A DNA stretch of 64,000 nt from a virus. The stretch spans positions 2,556 to 66,555 of IMG/VR virus record IMGVR_UViG_3300036760_001538; one strand, 5' to 3'. The stretch's first letter is position 1; every line of letters begins with the position of its first letter. Positions 25,084 through 34,418 of this stretch are shown here, one piece after another. The position numbers and the translations under genes were made by a program. The notes under the pieces are model-generated. The model had not been told where the DNA came from. It saw nothing but the letters and a program-made list of their open reading frames with translations, and searched no databases.

Positions 25084-26539
25084 ACGAGTGATTCCGTTCC
25101 TGCTCAACGCGGCCCAGGTAGATTACTGGGATCACCGCACGCTTCGGGACATGATTCTGAAGCCGCGGCAGCTCGGCTTCACGACACTGATCTGCGGCCT
25201 GTTCTTCGCGGACACTTTGCTGCGACTGAATACGACTTCGGTGATCGTGGCCCACGATACTGACTCGAGCGAGAAGATCTTTCGGATCGTGCAACTGTTC
25301 TGGGAGCGGCTGCCAGAGGAGGAGCGCCGACGAGTAGGGCCGCCTCGTTTCTCAAACCGCAGAGAGTTCCTGTGGCCGAAGATCAACAGCCAGTTCTACG
25401 TGGGCACCGCCGGCAGCCTGACGTTCGGACGGGGACAGACCATCAACAACCTGCACTGCTCGGAGTTCGCCTTCTGGCCGAAGCCTGAAGAAGCCCTGAC
25501 TGCGCTGACGGAAGCGGTGCCAACCGGTGGGCGGATCGTCATGGAGTCCACCGCAAATGGGATGGGCAACTTCTTTCACAGCCTTTGGACCGAGGCCAAA
25601 AGCGGCGGCAATGACTTTGCGACGGCGTTCTATGTCTGGTGGGAAGACCCAGCCTATCGGATCGCGGGCGAGCCACTGACCGACCTCAGCCAGGAGGAGA
25701 CGCGGCTCAAGCGCGCGTGGAGCCTTGACGACGATCAGATTCGTTGGCGGCGCGATAAGCAGCGGCAGCTTCGAGACCGCTTCAAGGCCGAATACCCTGA
25801 GGATGATGTGACTTGCTTCCTAGCGAGCGGGCGCTGCTGCTTCGACACCCAGTCGCTGCTGGCAATCCAGGCCCGCATCGTCACCGAGCCCGCGCCGGTT
25901 GTGCTTGCTTCGCTCAAGGGCACCAGGAGCAGCGACCTCAGCGTCGCTCCTGCGCGTTTGTTGATCTGGAAAAGGCCGGAGGCGGGTCGGCAGTACGTCA
26001 TTGGCGCGGATGTCGGTGAAGGACTGGCCGGTGGGGATGCCTCCTGCGCCTGTGTGCTGGATCGGGAGAGCGGAGAGCAAGTGGCGGAACTGCACGGCCG
26101 TATCTCGCCGGATCGCTTTGGCCACCTGCTGGATGCCCTGGGCCGCTCCTACAACCTCGCGACGGTGGCAGTGGAGCGAAACAACCACGGGCACTCGACG
26201 CTGAACACGCTGCGGAACGTATGTCGCTATGCGCGGCTTTACTACCACGTGCGCTATGACCAGACGGGCAGAGGGAAGCCCATGCTCGGCTGGCCGACCG
26301 ATCAGGCCACCAAGCCCATCCTGGTGGACGACCTGGCAGCGGCGATTGCGGGCGGGCACCTGCTGATTCACTCGCCCGACCTGGTGGACGAATGCCTGAC
26401 CTTCGTGACCACGGACAGCGGCTCCCAGGAGGCGCAAGAGGGCAAGTTCGACGACCGGGTCATGGCGGCTGGTATCGCCTGGCAGGCGCGCAAGCGCGGT
26501 GTGTCTCGCGGCACGACTCAACGACCGGCGGGATGGTAG
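24983..26539 (+). CDS. terL: Terminase large subunit (start uncertain; ORF open from 24914)
   Basis: ILKPRQLGFTT, LHCSEFAFW, ESTANG, IGADVGEG, ERNNHG, DDRVMA. Confidence 0.92.
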   Translation: MREALEARLAALLEERRNPRPWIEANLWIRTKDRRVIPFLLNAAQVDYWDHRTLRDMILKPRQLGFTTLICGLFFADTLLRLNTTSVIVAHDTDSSEKIFRIVQLFWERLPEEERRRVGPPRFSNRREFLWPKINSQFYVGTAGSLTFGRGQTINNLHCSEFAFWPKPEEALTALTEAVPTGGRIVMESTANGMGNFFHSLWTEAKSGGNDFATAFYVWWEDPAYRIAGEPLTDLSQEETRLKRAWSLDDDQIRWRRDKQRQLRDRFKAEYPEDDVTCFLASGRCCFDTQSLLAIQARIVTEPAPVVLASLKGTRSSDLSVAPARLLIWKRPEAGRQYVIGADVGEGLAGGDASCACVLDRESGEQVAELHGRISPDRFGHLLDALGRSYNLATVAVERNNHGHSTLNTLRNVCRYARLYYHVRYDQTGRGKPMLGWPTDQATKPILVDDLAAAIAGGHLLIHSPDLVDECLTFVTTDSGSQEAQEGKFDDRVMAAGIAWQARKRGVSRGTTQRPAGW

Positions 26540-26549
26540 GGAAAAGGCA

Positions 26550-26810
26550 ATGCAAACATTGAAAGCACCAGCCACGAGTCTCAAGTCTCTGGGAGAGGCC
26601 CTCCTCCAGATCAGCGACGAGTTGCCAGTGAAACTGCCTGCCGGTTGTGAGCTGCGAGTCGTCTCCGCCGCCCAGGCGGCGCTGCTCGACTTCTTCGCCG
26701 ACAATCCCTACTGCACCATCGAGGGTCTCGACGTGCACGCGGGCGAACCGGAACTGGTGCGGCTGCGGTTGTCGGAGGCGGCGGTAAAGAAGATCAAGCT
26801 CGCCAGGTGA
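26550..26810 (+). CDS. Small YezD/DUF2292-like protein
   Basis: QAALLDFFADNPYCTIEGLDVHAGEPELVR...KKIKL resembles each half of the 1840 protein. Confidence 0.55.
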   Translation: MQTLKAPATSLKSLGEALLQISDELPVKLPAGCELRVVSAAQAALLDFFADNPYCTIEGLDVHAGEPELVRLRLSEAAVKKIKLAR

Positions 26811-26873
26811 CGGCAATCACGCGAGCCTGCATGCCTGGCTCCCGAATTCCTGTCCCACCCTGCTACAGCTATC

Positions 26874-26902
26874 TTGACCATTGTTTCGGTATATGGTATA
26901 GT
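26874..26902 (+). promoter_or_regulatory. sigma70 promoter of the defence cassette
   Basis: TTGACC, 17 bp spacer, TGnTATAGT. Confidence 0.75.
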
Positions 26903-26985
26903 TTCACCGAGACGGTGAAACTGGCGACTTGGCGAAACACCTCGGCGGTTCGGCAGGGCGGCTATGTTCACCGTTACGGTGGAGC
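26900..26985. promoter_or_regulatory. Two inverted-repeat operators (AbiEi-type autoregulation)
   Basis: Perfect AGTTTCACCG-AGA-CGGTGAAACT (26900-26922) and related TGTTCACCG-TTA-CGGTGGAGC (26965-26985). Confidence 0.65.
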
Positions 26986-26990
26986 AAGCC

Positions 26991-28091
26991 ATGCCAGCGA
27001 TCAAAGAGCGAGACCTGACAGCAGAGACCGCGCAGCGCCTTCGTGAGGTGCTGGAGGGAGTGCCATTCGTGGATGTATTGCGGATCGAGCAGCAGGTCCC
27101 CATCGCGCCCGGGCGCGTGTCCGACCTGGTGGTGGAGATTCAGACGCCCGTCGGAGCGCGCCGGCTCCTGGTGGAGGTGAAGACAGAGGGTCTTCCGAGG
27201 ACCCTGCGTAATGCAGGAGAGCAGCTCAAGGCTTATGTCGCGAGTGTGCCAGATGCCTACGGGGTGGTGGCTGCTCCCTACATCAGCGACCGGGGCCGGG
27301 CTCTCTGCCAGCAGTTCGGGGTCGGCTGTCTCGATCTGGCTGGGAATGTTCTGCTCGCCTTTGACCAAGTGTTCATTGAGAAGACCGGATACCCCAATCC
27401 CTCGCCCGTGCGGAAACTTCGGAGGGCGCTGTTCTCACCGCGGTCCACGCGGGTCTTGCGTGTCCTACTCGCCGACCCTACGCGGCGGTGGTACGTCCGC
27501 GACCTGGCGGCCGAAGCGCGGATCAGTCTTGCGCAGACGTCCAACTTGAAGCGGGCGCTGCTCGAACAAGAGCTGCTGGGCGAAGAGCGCCGCCGCTTCT
27601 GGCTGGCGAAACCTGAAGACCTCCTTCGCGATTGGGCGCAGGCCTACACCTACGAAGTGAACGACGTGCGGTCTTTGTACTCGATGCTCCGCATTCCAGA
27701 AGTGGAAGAGCGCCTTGCCGCGGAGTGTGAACGGAGAGGCATGCGCTACGGCTTGGCCCTGTTTTCGGGTGCAAGCCGGGTCGCGCCGTTCGCTCGCTAT
27801 GACCGCGCCTTTGCATTCGTTGATGAGAGACCCGAGGAGATTGCAGCGGCATTGGAGTTGAAGCCAGTCCCCACGGGGGCCAACGTGTTCCTGCTCCGCC
27901 CCTACGATGAGGGCGTCTTCTACGGGCTCCAGGAGGTCGGGGGAGCGAAGGTCGTGTCGGACATCCAACTTTACCTCGACTTGAGGAGCTACAAGGGCCG
28001 TGGCGAAGAGGCCGCAGACTTCCTCTACGAAAGGCGCATCAAGCCGCGATGGAACCCAGAACCCGATCAGACTACACAGCCAGAGCAGTAG
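26991..28091 (+). CDS. AbiEi-like type IV TA antitoxin / transcriptional regulator with N-terminal REase-like domain
   Basis: ATG 26991 after GGAG; LVEVK, GCLDLAGN, wHTH VRDLAAEARIS, VSDIQLYLDL...GRGEEAA. Confidence 0.75.
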   Translation: MPAIKERDLTAETAQRLREVLEGVPFVDVLRIEQQVPIAPGRVSDLVVEIQTPVGARRLLVEVKTEGLPRTLRNAGEQLKAYVASVPDAYGVVAAPYISDRGRALCQQFGVGCLDLAGNVLLAFDQVFIEKTGYPNPSPVRKLRRALFSPRSTRVLRVLLADPTRRWYVRDLAAEARISLAQTSNLKRALLEQELLGEERRRFWLAKPEDLLRDWAQAYTYEVNDVRSLYSMLRIPEVEERLAAECERRGMRYGLALFSGASRVAPFARYDRAFAFVDERPEEIAAALELKPVPTGANVFLLRPYDEGVFYGLQEVGGAKVVSDIQLYLDLRSYKGRGEEAADFLYERRIKPRWNPEPDQTTQPEQ

Positions 28092-28906
28092 ACGCGGCCT
28101 TCTCGGTGCTCATCGAGTTGTTCGGCATGCTCGGCGAGTTCCGCGAACACATCGCGGTCATCGGCGGCTGGGTGCCGCACCTGATCCTCCGCGATGCAGA
28201 CACGGAGCCAGCGGGCACCTTGGATGTTGATCTGGCGATAGACTTTGCGCACATCTCAGACGATACCTACAGCACGTTCCTCAAGGCGCTTGAGACGCGC
28301 GGCTACCGACAAGACCACGAGCAGCCCTTCCGATTCTTCAAGGCGGTCACCATCGGAGATGGCCCGCCGGTCGAGGTCGAAGTTGATCTCCTGGCCGGAG
28401 AGTACGGGGGGACCGGGAAGGGGCGTCGCACGCAAGTCGTCCAGGATGTCCGAGCCCGCAAAGCACGTGGGGCTGACTTGGTCTTCGACCACTGCGTCCA
28501 GGTTCGCGTCGAGGGACGGCTGCCGAACGGTGCGCTTGACACGGTGACCGTGAAGGTCGCAGACGTGGTGGCCTTCCTCGTGATGAAGGGAATGGCTCTT
28601 CATGACCGGCGCAAGGAGAAGGATTGCTACGACATCTTCTACTGCGTCGCCAACTACCCAGGAGGTGTTGCTGCCTTGGTAGAGGCCTTCCGGCCTCATA
28701 TCGACAAGCGGCTGGTGGCTGAAGGCTTGTCGAAGATACGGAGCAAGTTCCTCTCACCTGAGCATTTCGGGCCGGTCGCGGTCGCTGAGTTTCTTGAGAT
28801 CGCCGATCCGGAGGAGCGTGCCATCGTGACTCGCGATGCCTATGAGCGCCTGAATGCGCTCCTGGAGCAACTGCAAGTCAGGCTCTGGGAGGATTCCCCG
28901 GCGTAA
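28049..28906 (+). CDS. AbiEii-like nucleotidyltransferase toxin
   Basis: VIGGW...GTLDVDL...VDLL...MKG...KDCYDI. Confidence 0.8.
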   Translation: MEPRTRSDYTARAVDAAFSVLIELFGMLGEFREHIAVIGGWVPHLILRDADTEPAGTLDVDLAIDFAHISDDTYSTFLKALETRGYRQDHEQPFRFFKAVTIGDGPPVEVEVDLLAGEYGGTGKGRRTQVVQDVRARKARGADLVFDHCVQVRVEGRLPNGALDTVTVKVADVVAFLVMKGMALHDRRKEKDCYDIFYCVANYPGGVAALVEAFRPHIDKRLVAEGLSKIRSKFLSPEHFGPVAVAEFLEIADPEERAIVTRDAYERLNALLEQLQVRLWEDSPA

Positions 28907-29000
28907 CATGATCAGATTTGGCGTCCGGCAGTCCTTCAACACAGTCGTTCAACAGGAGAGGGTTCTTGCTGAACGAACTGGGAGCGAAGAGGGGTGAGCA

Positions 29001-29435
29001 ATGAGCAAGGATGTGACGGTAGGATATAGGCACGCTGGCAACCTGGAAGATCTTCTGAGTGCCGTGAAGCAAGCGATAGGTGAGATGGGTCTGGTGCTCA
29101 GGAATGAGCAGGCGTCAGACGAGTCGTTCAGGATCGAGGCCGGCGAGAGAATGAGGTGGCTCACTACGAACTGGCCAGTGAAGTTCGACATCAAAGCCGT
29201 TCGAGAGGATGACTGCAACAGACTGATCATCCACGCGTGGGCGTCTCTCTTCTCCATCACGCAGGAGTTCAGCACCAACGCCAAAGCACAGGAGTTCCTT
29301 GGGCTCATCAAGCTACACGCACCAGAAGCGCCTGGGCATGCGACCGACGGCGTAGAGAGAAAGGCCTGCCCCAGGTGCGGCGAGATGATAGCCAAGACCG
29401 CGAAGATGTGCCGCTTCTGCAAGTCTGAATTGTAG
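29001..29435 (+). CDS. Hypothetical protein with C-terminal Zn ribbon
   Basis: CPRCGEMIAKTAKMCRFC. Confidence 0.7.
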   Translation: MSKDVTVGYRHAGNLEDLLSAVKQAIGEMGLVLRNEQASDESFRIEAGERMRWLTTNWPVKFDIKAVREDDCNRLIIHAWASLFSITQEFSTNAKAQEFLGLIKLHAPEAPGHATDGVERKACPRCGEMIAKTAKMCRFCKSEL

Positions 29436-29469
29436 ACCTGGCGTAGCGGGCAGAATACAAGGACCCAAC

Positions 29470-30615
29470 ATGGATCACGAAACGCCACCTGCACTGCTCC
29501 CTCAGATGGAAGTCGAAGCGACCATCGACGGAACTCCTGGGATACTGGCGATGGAGGTGGGGCCGTTCGGCCAGACTAAGGTTCTGTTCAGGACCGAACG
29601 GATGCTTGTTCAGACCGACTCGGCGGAAGACAACCTGACGGACTGGACGGCCGATCTTGCCGATGGCCGGAGGGTAACAATGCATCGCTGTTACCCGACC
29701 CGTGTGTGCTTCTCGCTCGGTGCCAACGCCGGTAAGGGATGTAGCACAAGCCTGCTCCCCGCGGGAGGCATAACCATCGAGAGACCAGCGTCTCATTATT
29801 CAACGGCCGAGTTCGCACTGGCGAACCTCTGGCTTCCCGCTATCGCGCCACTCAAGTTCGACGCCTTGGACGTCGAGTTTGTGCCTGCTGCATGGGGCGG
29901 CCCTCACTACGTCGACCTTCCGAAGGGTAGTGAAGCAAGAGTAGTCTGGTGGATGCGGGTTCAGCTTGGTGGGACCACCAGGATTGAGGAAGCATACGAA
30001 GCTGCCCTGTGCTTCTCCGATCTCGCGTCGCTCTTCCTTGATGAAAGGGTCAGAGTGCCCGCGTACAGAGTGCTGGATGCTGAAGGTAACGAAGTGCTCT
30101 CTCACTTAAACAGCATCCGTTGGCCAGTCATTACGAAGCGTGGACGGGACTACACCGACCGGGTACAGGATGCTCTGCTGGCGGTCGGAGCCGCACCTGT
30201 GCGCGCCGAATTTGAGGGCCTCCACCTCCACCGCTACGTCGACACAGTGCTTGAGGCCTGGCGCGAAGACGTGTTCCTGGAGACCAGTCTCGCGTGCATC
30301 CTGATGGCACTGGAGGGGATCACGTACCGATGGGAGATCACTAAGGGAGGCATGTCACCGGAGGAAGCACAGAAACGGAATCTCGTAGAGAAACTGCGCT
30401 TCATGAACACGTCGCTGCAGTTCATAGATAAGAGATACATGAGCGACCCATTGCGCGAGGACCTTCGTAACCCCATTGTCCACACTGGAGCCGTGCCATC
30501 TATGACGGCCCAGGAGTTGCATCGATGGGTTGATGACTTAGTGCTTCTGGCTCGTGATGTTTTCTTCCGGGTACTGGGCTTCAGTCGAACCTTTGTCGGG
30601 ACGAGCACTCCTTGA
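29470..30615 (+). CDS. ApeA-like HEPN-domain protein
   Basis: Beta-rich N-terminus; ALEG...LRNPIVHTG (RxxxxH) C-terminus. Confidence 0.6.
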   Translation: MDHETPPALLPQMEVEATIDGTPGILAMEVGPFGQTKVLFRTERMLVQTDSAEDNLTDWTADLADGRRVTMHRCYPTRVCFSLGANAGKGCSTSLLPAGGITIERPASHYSTAEFALANLWLPAIAPLKFDALDVEFVPAAWGGPHYVDLPKGSEARVVWWMRVQLGGTTRIEEAYEAALCFSDLASLFLDERVRVPAYRVLDAEGNEVLSHLNSIRWPVITKRGRDYTDRVQDALLAVGAAPVRAEFEGLHLHRYVDTVLEAWREDVFLETSLACILMALEGITYRWEITKGGMSPEEAQKRNLVEKLRFMNTSLQFIDKRYMSDPLREDLRNPIVHTGAVPSMTAQELHRWVDDLVLLARDVFFRVLGFSRTFVGTSTP

Positions 30616-30640
30616 CGCTGCCGCACCCCGGGCATAGAAT
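30612..30640 (+). promoter_or_regulatory. sigma70 promoter upstream of the portal leader
   Basis: TTGACG, 17 bp spacer, TAGAAT. Confidence 0.7.
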
Positions 30641-30644
30641 GCTG

Positions 30645-30726
30645 ACAATCGAATAGACGCTCGGCGACCGGATAACCGGAGGCGAGCCGCAGGTTCCCTG
30701 ACAGGACCTCGGCTCGCTTTTGCTTT
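30645..30726 (+). ncRNA. Structured leader element copy 2 (antiterminator/terminator switch) upstream of the portal
   Basis: ACAATCGAATAG; GCTCGGC-GA-CCGG-ATAA-CCGG-A-GGCGAGC overlapping terminator stem 30682-30717 followed by TTTTGCTTT. Confidence 0.7.
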
Positions 30727-30748
30727 CCCAGCGGAAAGGAGATATGTA

Positions 30749-32248
30749 GTGGCACTTGATCTGAGCACATATTCGCCCAAGGGGCACCAGGAGCGGATCG
30801 CCGCCTACCAGCGGTATGAGCGGCTGTTCCTGGGGCAGCACAAGCTGGTCTTCGCGGTAGTGCCGCAGCCCTACCAGATGAAGCGCTATATCGTGGCCAA
30901 CTTCGCCGGGCTGATCTCGCGCTTATCCGCAGATCTCCTGTTCGGCGAGCAGCCGGACTTCCTTTCGCCTTCGCTCAAGGCAGGCCTGGCAACACAGGAG
31001 GATGAGAAGGCGCAGGAAGCGCTGGCCCAGGTCGTCAGTCGCAATAACCTGCACGCCGTCAACTACGAATCGGCTCTGTCCAACTCGTTCCGGGGGGATG
31101 CAGTCTACAAGGTGCGCTGGGGGAAGCGGACTCCGCAGGCGCAGCAACCTGAAGCCATCATCGAGGAGGTGCCTGCGAGCATCTACTTCCCCGAACTAGA
31201 TGACGATGATGTGCGCAAGGTGATCCGCGTCACCCTCGCCTGGGTGAAGCGTGATCCGAAGGATACCAAGCGTGCCTACCTTCGGGCAGAGGTGCACGAG
31301 CCAGGCGTCATCCGCCACCAGCTCTTCGACCTTGGCAGCGTCTCGACCCTGTCTGTGGCTGGCAGTCAGGTTGGCACGATCACGATTGGAGGCAAGACGC
31401 TCCAGCAGATTCCCCTCAAGACCCTCGAGGCCTACCAGGACCTGCCGGAGGAAGAGCAGACTGGTCTCGACCACATCCCGATCTTCCACGTGCCGAACTT
31501 CCGCTATGGGTCTCGCTTCTGGGGCATCTCGGACTACGAGGGACTGGAGTCACTCTTCGAGTCCTTGAACAACCGCGTCTCGCAGATCGACGAGGTGCTG
31601 GATAAGCACGTGGCTCCGAAAATCGTGGTGCCGCCCGGCTTCGTGGACGAGGATGGCAAGATCCGCTTCGACCGGATGGAGACCATCGAGTTGGGCCCGG
31701 GCGATCAGCCGCCCTCCTACATCACCTGGGACGCCCACCTGACCGCGGCGTTCACGCAGTTTGAGAAGCTGCTCGACCTGCTGTTCATGCTCTCAGAGAC
31801 TGCGCCTTCTGCGTTTGGCCTGGATAAGTTCGGCGTCGCCGAGAGCGGGCGGGCGCTGCGCCTGCGGCTGCTCCGGACGCTCGCGAAGATCAATCGCAAG
31901 CGGCTCTACTACGATACTGCGCTCAAGGCGGCGCTGCACACCGCCCAAATTCTCGATGTGACCCATGGCTCAGGAGAATACGAGCCTGCCGAGCCAACCA
32001 TCCAGTGGGCAGACGGGCTGCCGGAGGACATGGTCGAGATGGCGGAGATCGAAAGCCAGCGCTTGGCGGCAGGCAACACTTCGGTCGAGTCCTCGGTGCG
32101 CCGCCTGGACGGCCCAGACGCGGTGGAGGCTGAGATGGGGCGGATCGGCGAGGAGACGGGACAGGCAATCGCTCTCACCGGGGCGGCCGGCGGTAAGGGG
32201 CAGGAAGCCCGCACCGAGGAGCAGCCGGAGGCCGGGGCAGAGCAGTGA
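30749..32248 (+). CDS. Phage portal protein (SPP1 gp6-like)
   Basis: 499 aa; ANFAGLISRLSADLLFGE, WGISDY, ESGRALRLR; located between terL and the minor head gene. Confidence 0.88.
   Translation: MALDLSTYSPKGHQERIAAYQRYERLFLGQHKLVFAVVPQPYQMKRYIVANFAGLISRLSADLLFGEQPDFLSPSLKAGLATQEDEKAQEALAQVVSRNNLHAVNYESALSNSFRGDAVYKVRWGKRTPQAQQPEAIIEEVPASIYFPELDDDDVRKVIRVTLAWVKRDPKDTKRAYLRAEVHEPGVIRHQLFDLGSVSTLSVAGSQVGTITIGGKTLQQIPLKTLEAYQDLPEEEQTGLDHIPIFHVPNFRYGSRFWGISDYEGLESLFESLNNRVSQIDEVLDKHVAPKIVVPPGFVDEDGKIRFDRMETIELGPGDQPPSYITWDAHLTAAFTQFEKLLDLLFMLSETAPSAFGLDKFGVAESGRALRLRLLRTLAKINRKRLYYDTALKAALHTAQILDVTHGSGEYEPAEPTIQWADGLPEDMVEMAEIESQRLAAGNTSVESSVRRLDGPDAVEAEMGRIGEETGQAIALTGAAGGKGQEARTEEQPEAGAEQ
30961..30986 (+). 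repeat. REP-like palindrome family A variant, in frame in the portal gene
   Basis: CCTTTCGCCTTCGCTCAAGGCAGGCC, encoding SPSLKAG. Confidence 0.45.
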
Positions 32249-32349
32249 GCTGTACGTGGCGGATCTGTATGGCCCCATGTGCGCCGTGCGCAGTCTGGTT
32301 TGGGGCCTGTGGACACAGTGTCACAGCCTGTCGTGAGGAGTGTTGAGGC

Positions 32350-34416
32350 GTGCCTCCTCCCATCGGGCGTCGCAGCATTGAGGAGTTTCGGCGGGCGTTC
32401 ACCGGCGAGATAGACTCGCTGGCCGCCCTTTACCGCGATGCGGCCGCAGATATGATGGATGTGCTGGCCGACGCGGCCGCCCTGGCCGGCCAGCGAGCGC
32501 GCGCTGTCGCCCACCTTCGCCAGTATCAGACCATCCTCGCCAACCTCGGTGACGAGGCGGCTGCCTGGATAGAGTTCAACATCCCCCGCGCCTACGAGGT
32601 CGGGATCGAGTTTGCGGACGAGGGAATCAGGAACATCCGCCGGGCGGGAATCAACCTGCGTCGTCGAGGCACGACGATAACGGGTCGGCGTGAGAGAGAT
32701 GTATTCTCCCAGGTGCACCGGGAGGCGGCGCACGCGATCATGCAGTCCATGCTCCAGACCACCAGTGTAGCACTGGCGCAGATTGGCCGACGCGTGGACG
32801 ATGTTTTCCGCCGCGAGGGAATGCTGGCTGTTGCCAGGGGGATTGCAGGCGGGCGTGCTCGCATCGACGTAAGCCGCGAACTGGAGCAGCGGCTGCTCGC
32901 TGCGGGCAGGCCGACGTTCGTGGATGCGCTGGGGCGGCAGTGGCCCCTTGACCGCTACGCCGAGATGGTGGCTCGCACCACCACCCGCGAGGCGATGACC
33001 CAGGGGACGATCAACCGTCTGCGGGAGCACGGCGTTACTCTGGCCCAGGTCTCGGCCCATAACGCGGAAGACTTCTGCCGCTACTACGAAAACGCCATTG
33101 TCTCCCTGGACGGCTCGCACCCTGTCTACCCGCCGATCTCGGCGATCAACGGCCCCCCGCCCTGGCATCCGAACTGTATCCACGTGCTCACGCCCTTCGT
33201 GGAGCGCCTAGCGACTGACGAGGAGAAGAAACGGGGCATCATCTCGCCCGACCTGCTCAACAAGCCTCCGGCCGAACTCCAGCGGCGCTTCCGCAAGGAG
33301 TTTCCTGGCGTGGCCCGGGCCGCGGGAAAGCGAGGGCTTGCACGGGCGGGGCGGGCAAGGGTTGCCGCGGCGCGAGGGCGGCCCAAGCCCACACGGGCGC
33401 ATGCCCCCGAGCCTGAGCTGCGCGCCCTGGAGGAGGGGACTGTCCTGCGCCGCACCTACAAGGGCCGCGAGTACCTCGTCCAGGTGGTGGAGGGAGGCAA
33501 GGTCTACTTCGAGGGCGGCGTCTATCACTCGCTGACCGATGTCGCCCGGATCATCACTGGGCAGAGGGCAATCAGCGGGCCGGCTTTCTTCGGCGTGGCG
33601 GAGCGCGGCAAGCGCACCGGGCAGGCCGTGGCCGCCGCGCGGCCCGTCGCTGCTCCGCCCAAGCTGCCGAAGCCGAAGACAGACCTGGAACTGACGGGGC
33701 GCACTTGCGATGACTTGGCTGAGATGATGGGCGCGAAGCATGGATGGAATGGAGACTTGCGCACCGGTCGAGGCGCCTTCGGCGGGCACAAGGACTGGGA
33801 CTGCGCCATCAGCATCGGCTCGGAGGCAAGGGATCGCGTGGATGCGATGCTGAAGCACGATGCAGCTTCCTGGGCAAAGCTTTCCCGGAACCAGAAGATG
33901 GAAATGACCTCTTCCTTCAACACCCTGGTGCATGAGGCGACTCATGCTATGGGGGTGGAGGGGGCAATCAAGACCCACGAGTACGCGACGGCGGCGCAGC
34001 GGTGGATAGAGGAAGGCCTTACCGCCGCGGGGGCCGACGAGACGGCGCCGAAGCTCTTCGAGCGGATCATGGGGTTCCCCTCCGGCCTGGACAAGCGCGA
34101 CTTTGCCGGGATGGCAAGCTACAGCGATTACCAGCAGGCCCTGGCGAAGGCGCTCGGCGGGCCTTATGCCGGGCGCTCGATGTCTGAGCCAATGCGGGGG
34201 ATTGACCCAAAGCTCTACCTGGACTTGGCCTACCGCACGCCTCGCGACCAGCGGCTCTGGGAGCTATCGAAGCGCATGGAGAGCTACTACGGACGAACAG
34301 AGCGCGGCGTGAGAACGGCGGTGGAGATAGAAGCCATCGTAGGGCACTCGGCAGACCACAAAGTGGTGGTGAATTTCGCCGAAGAGGCCCTGGCACTACA
34401 GCAAGCGAGGCCGTAA
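32350..34416 (+). CDS. MuF-like minor head protein fused to DUF2924-like and zincin metallopeptidase domains
   Basis: GRQWPLDRYAEMVART...PPWHPNCIH; GTVLRRTYKGREY...YHSLTDVARIITG...GPAFFG; LVHEATH...WIEEG. Confidence 0.8.
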   Translation: MPPPIGRRSIEEFRRAFTGEIDSLAALYRDAAADMMDVLADAAALAGQRARAVAHLRQYQTILANLGDEAAAWIEFNIPRAYEVGIEFADEGIRNIRRAGINLRRRGTTITGRRERDVFSQVHREAAHAIMQSMLQTTSVALAQIGRRVDDVFRREGMLAVARGIAGGRARIDVSRELEQRLLAAGRPTFVDALGRQWPLDRYAEMVARTTTREAMTQGTINRLREHGVTLAQVSAHNAEDFCRYYENAIVSLDGSHPVYPPISAINGPPPWHPNCIHVLTPFVERLATDEEKKRGIISPDLLNKPPAELQRRFRKEFPGVARAAGKRGLARAGRARVAAARGRPKPTRAHAPEPELRALEEGTVLRRTYKGREYLVQVVEGGKVYFEGGVYHSLTDVARIITGQRAISGPAFFGVAERGKRTGQAVAAARPVAAPPKLPKPKTDLELTGRTCDDLAEMMGAKHGWNGDLRTGRGAFGGHKDWDCAISIGSEARDRVDAMLKHDAASWAKLSRNQKMEMTSSFNTLVHEATHAMGVEGAIKTHEYATAAQRWIEEGLTAAGADETAPKLFERIMGFPSGLDKRDFAGMASYSDYQQALAKALGGPYAGRSMSEPMRGIDPKLYLDLAYRTPRDQRLWELSKRMESYYGRTERGVRTAVEIEAIVGHSADHKVVVNFAEEALALQQARP

Positions 34417-34418
34417 GC

